Below, in pieces: positions 39,871-53,300 of a stretch of 64,000 bases of DNA. The stretch lies in NCBI GenBank assembly GCA_050273025.1, contig CP158635.1, positions 14,756,001 through 14,820,000 of the forward strand, written 5' to 3'. Position 1 is the first letter of the stretch. Each line of letters opens with the position of its first letter. The notes beneath the pieces were generated by a model that ran no database searches, was not told the DNA's origin, and saw only the letters and a list, made by a program, of their open reading frames with translations. This stretch comes from Cenococcum geophilum. Taxonomy: Eukaryota. Both the position numbers and the translations under genes were made by a program.

Positions 39871-42168
39871 TAGTTATTAATAATTTTATTATCAATATTA
39901 CTAATCAATATTATTATTAATAAGGATTAATAAGGTTAATATTAATAGACACTATTATTAATAACCTATAAAAAATTCTATTACTTTAAAATTTGTATAA
40001 TAAATAGCTTCTAAGGTAGATTTATCTTTTCTTACGCTTTTATTAACTTAGGAATTAAATAAAATAAAGTTTAAAACAATTAAAAAACGCTTAGCTATTA
40101 TAAAATATAGGAGCACGCTTATCCACTTTAGGCTGAAGAGCTAGAATTCTGGGGTAAAAACTATATCTTTTATTGCAAATATTGTATAGATCTACTATAT
40201 AGTGCTCTAGCTAGTAATAATTTCTAATCTTATCTTAAGAGTAAGTATAATATTAAGGTCGAGTTAACTCTAGGCTAAGTTTAGTTAGTAGCGCTTAATT
40301 AACTAAAACAGCTCTATATTAGAGTAATATCTATAGGTTAAATATAATAGCTTAATACCTAGGTTCTTTAAAAAGTTTTAAACCGTGACCTTATTAATTA
40401 TTATATAAAACCTTCTATTCCACATTATTAAATAGCCTAAGTTCTATACCTTTTATTAAGTTTTAAATCTAGAAGTAAAAGGCTAGATTACTATAGCATA
40501 CTTTAAGGTTATAAAGAAGATTAAGAAATTATAGTAATTTTAAAAAGATATCGTATAAAAGAAGCTTTAATTAATATTATTAAGTATTTATATTTTACTT
40601 AATATTTAGACTTCTCTAAACCGGCTTCTTCTCCTTAGGATCTACGCGTATTTTATTAACTAAAACTAAAAAAAGCTTATTAAAGCACTTCTTGCCCTTT
40701 ATACAGTAGTAAACTATAGTAGAGAAGAGCAATTTACTACTTTTCTTTTAGTGCTTTAGGACTATAAAATTGTATAAAAGCCTAGTTCTATTGTTTATAA
40801 TAACGCTACTTTAAATAATATACTTTACCGTATAGTAGCTAATTATCTTTAAAAGAAAGGGAAAGTTAAATAGGATTCCACGTTTTAATAAATCCGCTAT
40901 ACTGGTTATATTATTAACTTAGCGATATATAAGCTTTTCTTTTTAAAAGCTTAATTAAAATAGAATAGCTTAAGTTATTTAATAAATAAGAAGGAAAAGG
41001 GAAAGTGGAAGGTAAAGCTAAGTAAAGGATAGCTTTTTAGGCTATTGGACTACTTAGAAAGCTTTATAATATTATTATATATATCTGCAATTTAGCTAAT
41101 TATATAAGAGAGTTTAAAGATCTAGTAGAAAGAATAATTTTACTTAATAACCGGACGAAATAGAATAGCTAGTATTAGATACTAGCTATAGCTAAATAAT
41201 AGTTAAGCACTATTAATATATATTTAAAAAACTACTTTACTATACTCTAGATGGAATATCTCTATCTAAAGGACTAGAAATTTCTTTATACGACTAAGAT
41301 ATTCCTTTAACTATTCTATTAAGCAACTCTAGAAATTTAAAAAGACTACGCGACAATTAATAGAGTACTCTTTGCTATAGATATTCTTATTAAGTACTTT
41401 AAAAAGGCTCTTATAAGTAGAATTCCTAGTTTTTACTAAATTAGACGAGGCTAATACTGTATAGTAGTCTAAGTATACTTCTAATAAGGAGTTTAGCTCC
41501 CAAATTAGAAAGTAATAGGAGACCTTTAATAAGTACTATAATAAAACCAATAACTCCCCCCTTTACGCCGCTATCCTTATTCTTTATTTAAACTATTATA
41601 TAAAGTATATCTACGTAAACTAGAAGGTTAAATAGTAAAAGCTAATACTATAAAAGGTTAAAGAGCTTTAAGAGTCTTATTGGGAAAAAGCGTCTACTTC
41701 TTTTACTCCTTTCTTATATAAAAGGAAACCCTCTTAAGATTAAGATTAGAATCTTAATAAATTTAATAGGATTACTTAAGAGTTAGGAATATATACTTAG
41801 CTAGTAAGTTAGGATAAGTATAAAGACTATAGTAATAGAGAACCGTATAATATTAAGAAGCAATCTACTCTTAAATAATAGTGTTAAGATTAATAAAGAA
41901 ATCGTTAGCTAAGATTATCGTATATGGCAATTAATATTCTATTAATTCTAGCGATAAGTAATAAGTTAGAGAGAGTCTTTTTAGGAGCTTATTATATAAT
42001 CTTATAGAAAAGGGCGTAACTAGGAGCTAAAAATATTAAGAGAGTAAAGTATTTAAAATATTAGAAATGGAGTGGTATTACAAATAATAAGCTTAGGGTG
42101 GCTTAGCTGTTTAATTATTAATAAAATTATTAATATTAATTAAAGCGTTATTAACTTATTAATAACTA
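39871..42168 (+). mobile_element. RIPped hAT-superfamily DNA transposon
   Basis: BED finger FYCKYC...(H)LKSK(H) at about 40165-40255, (D)I(W)TS at about 40600, (D)NAT at about 40800, IR(C)TG(H)IINL at about 40890, (D)NRT(RW)NS(W)Y at about 41146 and MAI(D)IL.I.A.S...ERVF dimerisation motif at about 41923-41982. Putative TIR TAGTTATTAATAA at both ends with TATTAATA subterminal repeats; no 8-bp TSD found. Confidence 0.9.
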
Positions 42169-42214
42169 TCTTGGCACTAGTAAGTTATAAGATAGTACCT
42201 AACAGTAGCCTTAA

Positions 42215-42410
42215 CGGTTAATACTCTACTCGTAGCTCTACTTATAGCTCTGCTCGTAGCTCTACTTACGTCTTTACCTATATCTCCTTACACGTCTCCT
42301 TATATGTCTCTTTATATGTCTTATAAGGGTTTAAATAGGTATAGAGATATAAACGCAGATATAAAAATGTAAAGGCGTAGAGATATAAAGGCGTAGAGGC
42401 GTAGAGGTGC
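42215..42410. repeat. Short tandem repeats (12-bp CTCTACTCGTAG-like, then 8-bp GGCGTAGA-like)
   Basis: Directly visible periodicity. Confidence 0.6.
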
Positions 42411-42899
42411 CTTTAGGGGTAGGCCGTGCTAAATTAAGCTACTAATTTTGCACTGGTAGAATGAAACTTAGTAGAAGATTTAGGTAGTAAAGTTACTGCT
42501 AAGAGTTACTGCCCGGATCCTAACCGCTTAAGATAGTAGTAAGATAGTAGTAAGGAAATCTAATTTAGGTTAATAATAATATTAAGGAAGAGGTAGTAAT
42601 AGTATATATAAGGTAGGTAGCGAGGACGAGCTTTAAGGAGGGTGCTAATATAGGTAAGCAGCGGTAAGGGCTAGACAATAGATATAAGTTAAATATTAGG
42701 TAGCTAAGACTATAATTTTTAAACGCCCTACTATTAGGAGCACTACTAATTAACTATTTACTATGCACTAACTCTAGACATTTAATCCTCCCCCTAAAAA
42801 GGTATAAGCTGGGGAGCTCTAGGAGCTCTACCAGGTTTAATCCACGCTACTTTACTAATTAAATTAATCGATCTAAATTTAGTAAAAGGGGTGCTCTAT

Positions 42900-45500
42900 T
42901 TAGAGCTCTAATAGCCTTTAATTTAGTTCTATTACTACCTAATTAGTCTTTATAATACCTCTATCTACAACCTAAACACTTTAAACTCTATTTATATAGG
43001 TTCGGCTTAATTACGGCTAATAATTTAGCAAAATTGTAATAATATAAGGGTTATATCTCCTGTATCGATCAGCGAGATCTATAAGAGTTTAGTAGAAAAT
43101 TAATAGTACTACTGGGTCTTTTGGTATAAATCAGTCTAATAATCTATTTAACTTCTGGCAGGAAAGATATATTAGACAATATTTAATATAAAGAGGACAA
43201 TAATTACTAAGAGTTTATTGCGGCTTAAGGTTAATATAAATGTTTCCACCCCCTATTACTTTTATCTTTTTGCTATAATATAAGCAACTAGATTTAACAG
43301 GGCGGAGTTACTACTACGTTAGTATTTATCGCAATTACACTATACTTTTAATCCTTACACTATACTTAATTTTTAACATAGTAGAATAAATAGTATTTAT
43401 TAAGGTACAAGGGCCATAAATTAGGAGCCGTTTTATTCTCCTGCCGCAGCCTAAATATTTAGCCTTATTAATAATAATATAATGGTTTAGACGATTGGCA
43501 GAGTAGGTAAGATTACTAACTACTCCTACGCCTTTTCTATACCTAGCGTATTTAGTTAGGATATCCCGGCCGTTAAAGCGAGAATAGATATATACGGACT
43601 TCTTATATTGCGGACTTTTAATACCTTTCTCTTACTTAAGTCTTTATTTCTAGATCTCTATAAGTCCTTTAAGAACATTTAGCAGTGAGGACGTGTTAAA
43701 TAATTTAAAGCCTAGTGTTGCTTTCTGGCAATTATTAAGGGTAGAGAGAATAACTTTAGGGCCTAAAACCACAATATTATAGAATAGGATTTATTTTTGG
43801 CCTGCCCACTATAAAAAAAATAGGAGAAAGAAACGCTAATGGGTTATTATAATCCTGGTTAGCTTATATTACTATATGGATTCTTACTAAAGTGTTGCTC
43901 CTAGCTTATAGTGCTACTTTCTATTGCTGGTTCCTTATAGAAGTCTTTTAGAACATTATTATAAAGACGCTTAGAGAACTCTATAGCTTAAGCTTAAAAT
44001 AAATATCTCTAAAGGATTACCTCTAAATGTCGCTCTATAGATGGAGGCCGTGCTAGTAGCCAAAGCTTCTTTTTATAGTAGTTTGGGATGTAATAAACCC
44101 TTACCATAGTAACTGCTACGGTAATTACCTGTTCTTAATAATAGATATATTAGCTATCTACTGGGTCTATAAATAGTCTCTAAGGGTAATATATACGCAC
44201 TATGATTTTGCGGAATTTATATCTATCTTAGGTATTCTGGAAGTTTTCTTTATAGATTAAAAATAGAATTATGCCTAAATACTCTCCCTAGAGTGGTAAA
44301 GGGGTTATCTTAACCTCGAGATCTGTTATAATCGCTTATATAGCCTTACCGCCGTATATAACTTTAACCTTTACTTCTAATAATTTAGATATTTAACGCG
44401 TCCATTCCTTATAGGCCTGTTGTATATATTAGGGATAACTTATAAAGCCGTGTAATTCTAGATATTAATAATAAACTTAATTATATATTAATATGGTGTT
44501 ATTATAAGCTATACCTATAATTATAGAAATGCAACTATTTATCTAATTTATAGTTTCTCTATTTATAGGGATATTTATTATAAATAAGGGCTAGTTAGCA
44601 TGATAGCTAATTAGTAAGTAAAAGGATCTAGAGGGTTTTACTAGGAATTCTAGCAGCGGTGGTGTCTATAGCCTAGAGTCTCTCCAACTTTAAGCTTCCG
44701 CTAATTTAAATTAATTAAATATATAATTAATATTAGTAATAGGCTTCTCAATTACTAATAATTTAAGTTAGTTATAACTAATATTTAGTGGTATAGACTT
44801 ACTATTTATGTCTCGCTTATAAAGCGTATTTAGATTAGGGAGAAGTCTAGGTACTAGTTTTTGGATATCTAGTAATACGGTATTTAAGGGTGGGAGGAAT
44901 AGGTCGCTAAGGATATAGATATATCCCTCCTATATCTTTAGTACGCTTTTATAATTAGTACTCTAAACCGCCTCTAAGAGAACTAAGGTAGCATTATTAT
45001 TAGAGCTAAAGGTTAAGGAGATAAAGTATAAGCGGGATTTTATAATACGAGATTAACGGGGACGGCCTAATAAGGAATGTGTTAGTTTCTGCACTACTAG
45101 ATAAGTCTGCTTAAGTTGTACGAACCTATAGTATAAGTATATAGCTTACCTTTTATATATGCTCTTGTAGTAAATAGCATCCACTAATAATTTATATAGT
45201 ACGCCTTAGTAAGGTTATTATAGCTAACTAGAATAACGCAATCTTTAAATAGTCCATCTCTCTCTTAATAATTATTATACTGTGTTTCTGCAATTTAGCC
45301 TTAAAGGTAAATTACAGCAGATACCTTCTAAGTTATATTTGTAATTATAAAGGTAGCTCTATTATATTAAAGTCTTATAACTCTTATAGGCGTAGGTATT
45401 ATTTTAAGGAGCCTTTATAGGGGTTTTAACGTAGTTTAGTAAGCCTTCTTATTAATATACGCGCTAACTTATTTGGGATTATTAGGATCTTTAAGTTTAA
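42900..45500 (-). pseudogene. RIPped Cys-rich hypothetical gene(s): DUF3716-like motif and C-terminal CxxC Zn-ribbon-like repeats
   Basis: About 45150-45295 de-RIPs to AETQCDNCQERDGPFEDCV...KACCANCQW, followed by a GTAAGC..CTAAC..TAG intron. About 43430-43560 gives KCARCGK...KCSGCG and about 43120-43240 gives D..PQW...PLY....CLSCQK....F.PKDP. Boundaries approximate. Confidence 0.5.
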
Positions 45501-45807
45501 CTAATTATACTATAATAAGAAACGAGAATAGCTGGTAATAAGAGAGATAAATAAAGTTAAAGGAGGAGTAATTAACAAATTTAATCGTATGCTGTTATTA
45601 GTTAAGTTTACTATTTACCTTAGAAGCTTAGACTATTACAGATGCCTTACTTTACGCTAAAAACTCGCTAAGTCTTACTTAATTTGGCCCACTACTAAAA
45701 ATATATGCAATCGTTAGGGTTTGCTAACGAAATTTTTAATCCGAGTTTATAATAAGCCGATTAATTAACCTAAAGGTTTAATTTAGAGCTTTATTATATA
45801 GAGTTTA

Positions 45808-45811
<4 letters not shown>

Positions 45812-45838
<27 letters not shown>
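45812..45838. repeat. (AT)n microsatellite
   Basis: About 13 AT units. Confidence 0.95.
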
Positions 45839-45842
<4 letters not shown>

Positions 45843-45858
45843 TTTCTAGGGGGAGACC

Positions 45859-46079
45859 CCCTACATTAGGATTTTTTTTTAGGCTTATTATTGCAGCCGA
45901 AAATTAGGGTCTGCGTAACTCGCTTAAGTCGCAATTTTGGCGATTTACGGCGACTTGCGGCGACTTGCAACTTTTATAGTTTTTACGCCGTAAATTCCTA
46001 GAATTGCGACTTAAACAAGTTATATAGACCCTAATTTTTAGCTGTAACAATGAGCCTAAAAAATTTCCCTAATATAGGG
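45859..46079. mobile_element. Foldback/MITE-like element with about 90-bp inverted arms
   Basis: CCCTACATTAGG..TTTTTAGGCT..AAATTAGGGTCT..TTAAGTCGCAATT..ATTTACGGCG is mirrored by CGCCGTAAAT..AATTGCGACTTAA..AGACCCTAATTT..AGCCTAAAAA..CCTAATATAGGG. Confidence 0.85.
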
Positions 46080-46877
46080 AGGCTCTACGCGAAGCTCTAC
46101 GCGAAGCTCTATATAAAGCTCTGTATAAAGCTCTATATATATAAACTGTATAATAAAGCTAAGACGTTGTGTAAAGAAAGGAAGTAAGAAAATATAAGGA
46201 AAAGGGGATATATTGTTACTTGGTTGCTAGGTTAATAGGTGCTATACTATATATAGTATAACTTCCGCTATATTCTGCCAAGTTCTACTATATTCTACTA
46301 GGGTTAAATTATATAGAGTATATAGTGGTGCTAGGGCGTGTCTCCTACCATATTCTACCGCGTTTTATTATACTCTACTAGGGATAACACCTAAGCGATT
46401 ATCCCTATAGAATAACGTAGAGCTCCTATAATAGACAGACAGATATAGGTAGTAGGTAGGAAGCATTAATTTAGATTATACATTTGTATATAGTATAGGG
46501 TTTAAAATTAAACTAGTTTTTATATTTATTATCTGGCTATAAATACTAGAGCATTAATATGCTTTATTTTTAAATTTTAAATTTTATTATTATTCTAATT
46601 ATCCTAATAGTACTAATAGTTATAATTGTCCTAATAGTACTAATGGTCCTAATTGTCCTGGTAGTCCTAGAGGTCCTAGTAGTCCTAGTAGTCTATATAA
46701 TTTAAGTGCGCTCCTAATAGGCTTTTAATAGGATACTAGATATAAGTGTTTTTTAAAGCTCCTAACAGCCCTAATAGGAGCTATTAGGAGGTATAAACAT
46801 TTTGCTAATATATATACTTCTTTATATAATTTATTATATAATTTTAGATAATTTAATATAATATAGCGATGGTCCTT

Positions 46878-47040
46878 TTTTACCTACCTGCCTACCTACC
46901 TACCTACCTATTTCTCTGCCTATATCTACCTATCTAGCCTACCTATTTATGCCTACCTATCTAGCCTACCTGTCTATACCCACCTATTTATGCCTACCTA
47001 TCTATGCCTACCTGTTTATGCCTACCTGTTTATACTACCT
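46878..47040. repeat. CCTA / 14-bp (GCCTACCTRTYTAT) tandem repeat
   Basis: Directly visible periodicity. Confidence 0.85.
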
Positions 47041-47091
47041 TGATTTAATCAATTGATTAAATTGTTTATAGTGTTCGCTAGCTAGTTATTT

Positions 47092-47220
47092 AAACGGTTA
47101 TTATTTAGCTTTAGCGACGGTTATCTAGCTCTAGTGACGGTTATTTAGCTCTAATAACGGTCATCTAGCTCTAGTAACGGTTATTTGGCTCTAGTGACGG
47201 TCGTCTAGTTCTAGTAATGG
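47092..47220. repeat. 20-bp tandem repeat (TAGTGACGGTTATCTAGCTC), about 6 copies
   Basis: Contiguous units with no unique spacers. Confidence 0.9.
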
Positions 47221-47361
47221 TTCTTTACTAGCTGCCGTTCTAGTGCCTCCCTAGGTAGGGAGGATATAAGGAAGGAAAAATAGGTGAAAAATAAGGTGGC
47301 TATATAGGGGGTATACTTGGCAGAGGTATATATAGAGGCTATTAGGAATATAGCGGGGACC

Positions 47362-50300
47362 TTATCTTATAAATCAGACTCTTAGTAAACTGTTAGTATA
47401 TACACTATGCATAAATATAGGTATACTACTCCTTATTAACCAACGAATTTTTTACTAAGGGTCTGTATAATTACAGCACCTATTATACCAACCGCGTGCT
47501 TACGCGTTCGGTATACTAGGTACGCGTTTACGCGTCCAGTGCACTAACCACTCGCTTACGCGTCTGGTGCACTTATAAAGCACTAACTAATTAGGGGGGA
47601 GGTGCATCAGTATATAGACCACATAGTCTGCTTTATATAATCGACAGTTACTACTATCCTAAAGAGCATACGATATTATACGTATTTCGTGCCCCGGGAT
47701 ATAACTTACTCGTACTATTAAATTAGTACGAACACTAATCAGTAAACGCGTATAGATTAGCAATTACTTGACACCTCCCCCTAAGCGATACTCAATAGCA
47801 ACTACCCGTTTAGACTCCTAGTACGACTTACTAGAAGGTTAGAAGTCGGGGATTATAGACTATTACTAACTCTGTATACTTATTTAAGTCTTAGTATAGT
47901 TTACTAGAAGTATAATAGACGCGAATATAGACCTGTACGGAACCCCCTACCCTTAAACCTTAAACCCTTATCCCTACTATACCCTCTTTTAATACCTCCG
48001 ACGTCTTTTTAGACCCCTTACGGAGACCCTCTACCCTTCTGCAAACCATTACGGACTTGTTAATTACCTTTACAGACCGTTATGGAGACCTCCTACCCCT
48101 TTATAAACTACTACGGACCTATTAAGACCCCTTACAGATACCCTTACCCTTCTATAAACTGCTATAGATATTAACCGCCTTTACGGACTACTATAAGACC
48201 TCTTCTACCTACTATATACTACACTACACTATACAGTATAGCAGACCTAAGGAAGTAAGTCAATAAAGGCCAGGAAAAGTAGAGGTAGGGAGCTAACCTT
48301 ATATCTATACCTAATGTTAACAACTATATTAAATTTAAAGTTCTTAAATATAAATATTTTAAGCTTATAAACGTTAACCTATAGGAGCAATACTAGGAAG
48401 ACTTCGCGGACTTTACGGAAACTATCTTTAAAGTATATAACCCCACTACTATCCATAACCTACGGACCCTCTTACGTAACCAAGGTGTATAGGTTAAAAG
48501 GAATAAATAAGTTACTATTGCACAGTCCTTATACAATATAATACACAAAAAGGACTAAATGGAATAAACTAAAGAGGAAATCCTAGACCAGTTCTAAGAA
48601 ACTAAGGAACTCTTTACTTCTTCTAAACTTAATATAGTTGCTAGCCTTATACCTAACCCACTTAACCAAATCCGTCCTATAAACCTAAGCAGTCTTAGAA
48701 TTAATTTTACTGGCTAAAGTATACCTAGTACTTAAGTTACGGACCGTAATACCCCCGTAACCTAAATTACGGACCGTAATACCCCCGCAAACTAAAATAC
48801 GGACTAAACCCCTTCCGTTATTTAAGTTATAGATCCGCAAGCCATATATCCGCAAGCTATAGATCCGTAAGTTATAGATCCGCAACCTATTTAAACGAAG
48901 ACCTATGGTAAGGAGCTAGCTAACCTAGCTAAGCTCTATACCGACGAGTCTAAATACAGCGGTAAAAACGATAATTTTAACTTTAAACTAACCATCTTTA
49001 TGGACCTTTGTTAGAAGGCTGATATTCCTAAACAGGAGTTCAGCTAAGCCTACTTTACTATGCTACGCGGCCTAGTACTTAACCACTACTATACTAACCT
49101 TAAAAGCAACCCCCTTAGTATTCCCTTTAATAAACTATGCGAAGCTATATGTAACTACTTTAAAGGGCTAGAATATAGGCGTAATATCCTTACCTAATGG
49201 AATGCGATTAAGCTACGGACCGTAATTAATAAGAATCCCAAAAAGTCGACCGTAGAGTGCCTGCAAATCCTTATTAAGGACCTCCGGCATCTACAGCATG
49301 GCCTTAACATTAAGCTTTAAATAGATAACTTTCTATATAACAAACTTATTACGGCTTACCAGGAAGTAGAGCCCTGTAAGTACGCCTATTATAAGCCTAT
49401 AAACACCTTAGCTGGCCTTATTAATAACCTACGCTCCTTTATTATAATATATAAAGTCTTAAACCTACTAGGCAGCACTTAAGCCTTTGCTATAGATATT
49501 TAATATCTATAAATAGACTTAGACGTCTACTTTACGGACCGCCGTTACTGCTAGCAGCACCTATACCGACTAAGTTCTACCCGTAACCCCCGCAGTAACC
49601 CCTATATAAAAGTATACCCCCGTAGACAAATAAGCCAGAAATGCTTTATATATGGTAAGGAAGGATATTAGTCTACAAGGCATACTTAGGAAGAACGTAA
49701 TAGGTCTAAGAAGAGATTTGATAAACGGATCAGCTAGTTCATTTTAGAATATAAAGGAAAAGAAGTAGAAGAGCCCCCTAATAAGTTAATAGAAGCCCTT
49801 ATAATTAACTTTAACCTAAACAACTAGGAATAGGAGACCTTAGAGATATTCCTAACTACTTTTAAACCTTTTACGGACAGCTAAGCCTTTAATATTACAA
49901 CCATATTAGCCAACCGCTTATTTATATACTTAATTACACCCGAAAACCAATCTGTAAATATACCTGCTAGACCCGTTACGGACGTTACGGACTATAAATA
50001 GGACCTATTTATATATATTACTACAGAACGCTATACCTCTAAAGAATTCTACGGTGTTATAATCAATATAGGTACCTTAAAGAAGTCTACCGCGGGCTAT
50101 AGATAATACCTCGTATATAGGACCACTACAAATAATAAGACGGATATTGATATTACGCAAACTGGGGCTGTAAACGTCTAATTCGGCATTAGCTTAACCG
50201 CATTAATTGGATTAGTTAAAGTTAAGACTCTAATTAGCCTAGTTAACTTCCACGTAGTAAAAGCGGACACCCCCTTTTTACTCTGTCTTGCAGACATGGA

Positions 50301-53300
50301 TAGGTTATAGGTATACTATAACAATATCACGGACACCTTAATTGGCCCCGTAACTGCCCTAGGAAGTAAGTATATTACCCTACCAATTATATAACGATTT
50401 AGACACCCGTTCCTTATATAGGGAGAGACTTTATAAACCTATATTTAGGAATCTTTTAACTATAACCTATGCTACCTTACTAGTACGGAGATCTACCATC
50501 TGCACCGCTGTTTCGGCTACCCGTTAGCCGAAAAGCTATATAGAATCATTAAACGCTCTAAACATAACGACGTTAATAGGAAGGCAGTTAATTACTTAAC
50601 TAAATACTACTCCTTTTGCTAGAAATACGGACGTTTCCCAGGCCGATTTAAGTTCACCCTTTATAAGGATTTTAACTTTAACCACTTAGTATACGTAAAT
50701 ATTATATACATTAACGGCAGCCTAGTACTATATATAATTAATAAGGTAACCCACTATTAAGCCGCCTGTTAGTTGTAAAATATATCTATAAAACATATTT
50801 AGAATATTTTACGGACCTACTAAATTGATATATACGTTAGACCTCCGTAGTATATTACCTACAATACTGGTAGGAACTTTATTAGTAAGGAATTCCAGTA
50901 GTATACTACGGCCATAACTATATTAACAAAAGCTGTTCTAGTTAAGGCGCACTAGTCTATTAGGCTTGTTAAGTAAGCTTACCTAGCTCTACGGAGAGCT
51001 TACCAGATTATTATGGACAAGTATAAGGACATCTAAAAGGAACTGGCTTTATAGATAGCCGTAAAAGCTATTAATAACACCGCTGGCCCTAACGGACTAG
51101 TACCTACCCTCTTAGTCTACGGAGCCTACCTAAGAATAAGCAACCTAGGCCCTCCTACCCCGTCTATTATAGAATAAGCAGCCGCAATATGGAAGGTAAT
51201 AGCTAAGATAGTTAAGCTATGGGCCAAACAAACTGTTAATAACGCCCTATACTACCGTAACGGACCTAATACAACCCCAGTATATAACCTCCCGCTTAAC
51301 TCTGAAGTCCTTATATGGCGTAAAAGCGGCAGCTAGAATAGACCCTATCGTCTACTGGCCGTAGAAAACGAGACGTGCTACGTATAGCTTCCTAGCGGGC
51401 CAACTAGCTTTAGAAGCACGTCCGTAAAACCCTACTTTCGGCCTAAAACTACCCATGACGTCAAGCCAGACGAACTAGAAGCAACTACCGAACTAGACAA
51501 ACTAGAAGCGACTGCCGAATTAGACGAACTGGAAGCACCCTTACCTACCCTAAAAGTCCCCTAGAAACCTACTAAACCTACTAAACCTACTATAAAGCAT
51601 AGTTAAGGACGCCCCCGAAAGCACCCTATAACTAAGAACCCCATAATAGAGAATTACCTAACCTCCGCAGGAATATCCGTAAGGCAATCTCTGCCTACGG
51701 ATATATTAGTTCTAATATAGGAAACCCCGTTTACGGACTTACGACATAAAGAGATTAACGGACTACTTAAAAAGGGTATCTTTGCGGTTATAACGGAGAG
51801 AGACGTTCCGCAAGGCGTCTGTATATTTAACTTACGCTTTATTAACGAAATTAAGCACCCTAGTACTAATAAAGCCTTTAAGAAATTAAGGCTCGTTATA
51901 TAAGCTTATAATAACTAGGGAAAGGGTTTAGTCCTTACGCAATCGCCTATAATTTAACGAGTTAGTTAATAGATTATACTTACACTTACGCCTGGATTAT
52001 AGCAAATTAAACCTATAGCCCTTTACTTATAGGATATCTTATAAGCCTACGTGCAGTCTAATATCTACCTAAGTAGGGACATCTTTATACGACTACCCCA
52101 CGAGCTTAACCTACAACTAGGAACAATTTTACGGGTTATAAAACCTCTTTATAGAGTACTAGAAGCCGGAAACTATTGGTTTAAGACGTACCACTAGCAT
52201 CATATTAGTAAACTTAAAATGGAATAGTCGACCTATAACCCCTACCTCTTATACACCCCATTAAACGGCTTCGGTATTATTGGACTCTAAACTAATAATA
52301 CCCTCTTCCTAGCAGACTAAACCTTTACGGACGCTAAAGAAACTAAACTATAAAAGGTAAAGTTCTTAGTAAAGCTGTGAGAGCAGTTAACTAAGTAGAC
52401 TCTAATTAAGTTTAATGGAGGCTTAATTACACAAAAGGGCAACCTAATTAAGCTGACTTAGGAACGCTAAGCTTAAAACCTAAAGCCTATTATAGCAAAG
52501 CCTATAGACCTTACTAGCTCTCGCGGAGAGACCCGTAAGACTGTAAATATAAAGGACTAATACGCTGTATAGCGTGTAAGAGGCGCCTATATTGCCACAG
52601 TCTGCTAACCCAAATTTGCCTATAACTTGTCCTTTACGGCCTAGGTAGTAGATCCGTAAGAAGAAAATATTAAGCAGCTTAATAAGCGCATTTAGTAGCA
52701 AATTGATAATGTAGCAAGGGGACTTACTTTTATACCACTAGATCTAAATTCCCTTAGCCTACTAGCATTTACGGACGCCTCCTTTGCTAATAATAAAGAC
52801 CTATTATTACAAATCGGCTTTGTAATTGTACTTACGGACCGTAATTAGGACGCAAATATACTGTATTAGTCTTTAATTAAGTGTAAACGAGTAACCCGCA
52901 GTATACTAGCTTCTAAACTATATGCACTAGCTTATAGCTTTAATATAGCAGCCGCAATCAAATTAATGGTCTAGAAGATTCTATAACTGGAGTAGTTACC
53001 CCTAGTTTTATGCACCGATTTAAAGTCCCTTTATAACTGCCTAGTTAAACTAGGTACGATATAAAAAAAGAGGCTTATAGTCAACCTAATATGCTTATAT
53101 TAGGCCTATAAACGATATAAGATTATAAAGGTCAAATGGATTAGTAGTGGAGATAACCTAGCAGACGCCATGACTAAGGCAAAGCTGTGTTAAGCTCTTA
53201 AAACCCTAATTAACATAAATAAGCTTAACCTAAAGGTTATAAAATGGGTAGAGCGAGACTAACGGAGTATTTACGGTTTAGCTACGGCCCGTTAGAAGGC

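Noticed and set aside
39863..42176. 8-bp TSD for the hAT element
   Set aside because: Flanks AAGTAGTA and TCTTGGCA do not match, so the boundaries rest on the putative TIRs only.
48685..48885. 66-aa repetitive ORF
   Set aside because: Antisense reading of 15-bp and 27-bp repeats in Copia gag.
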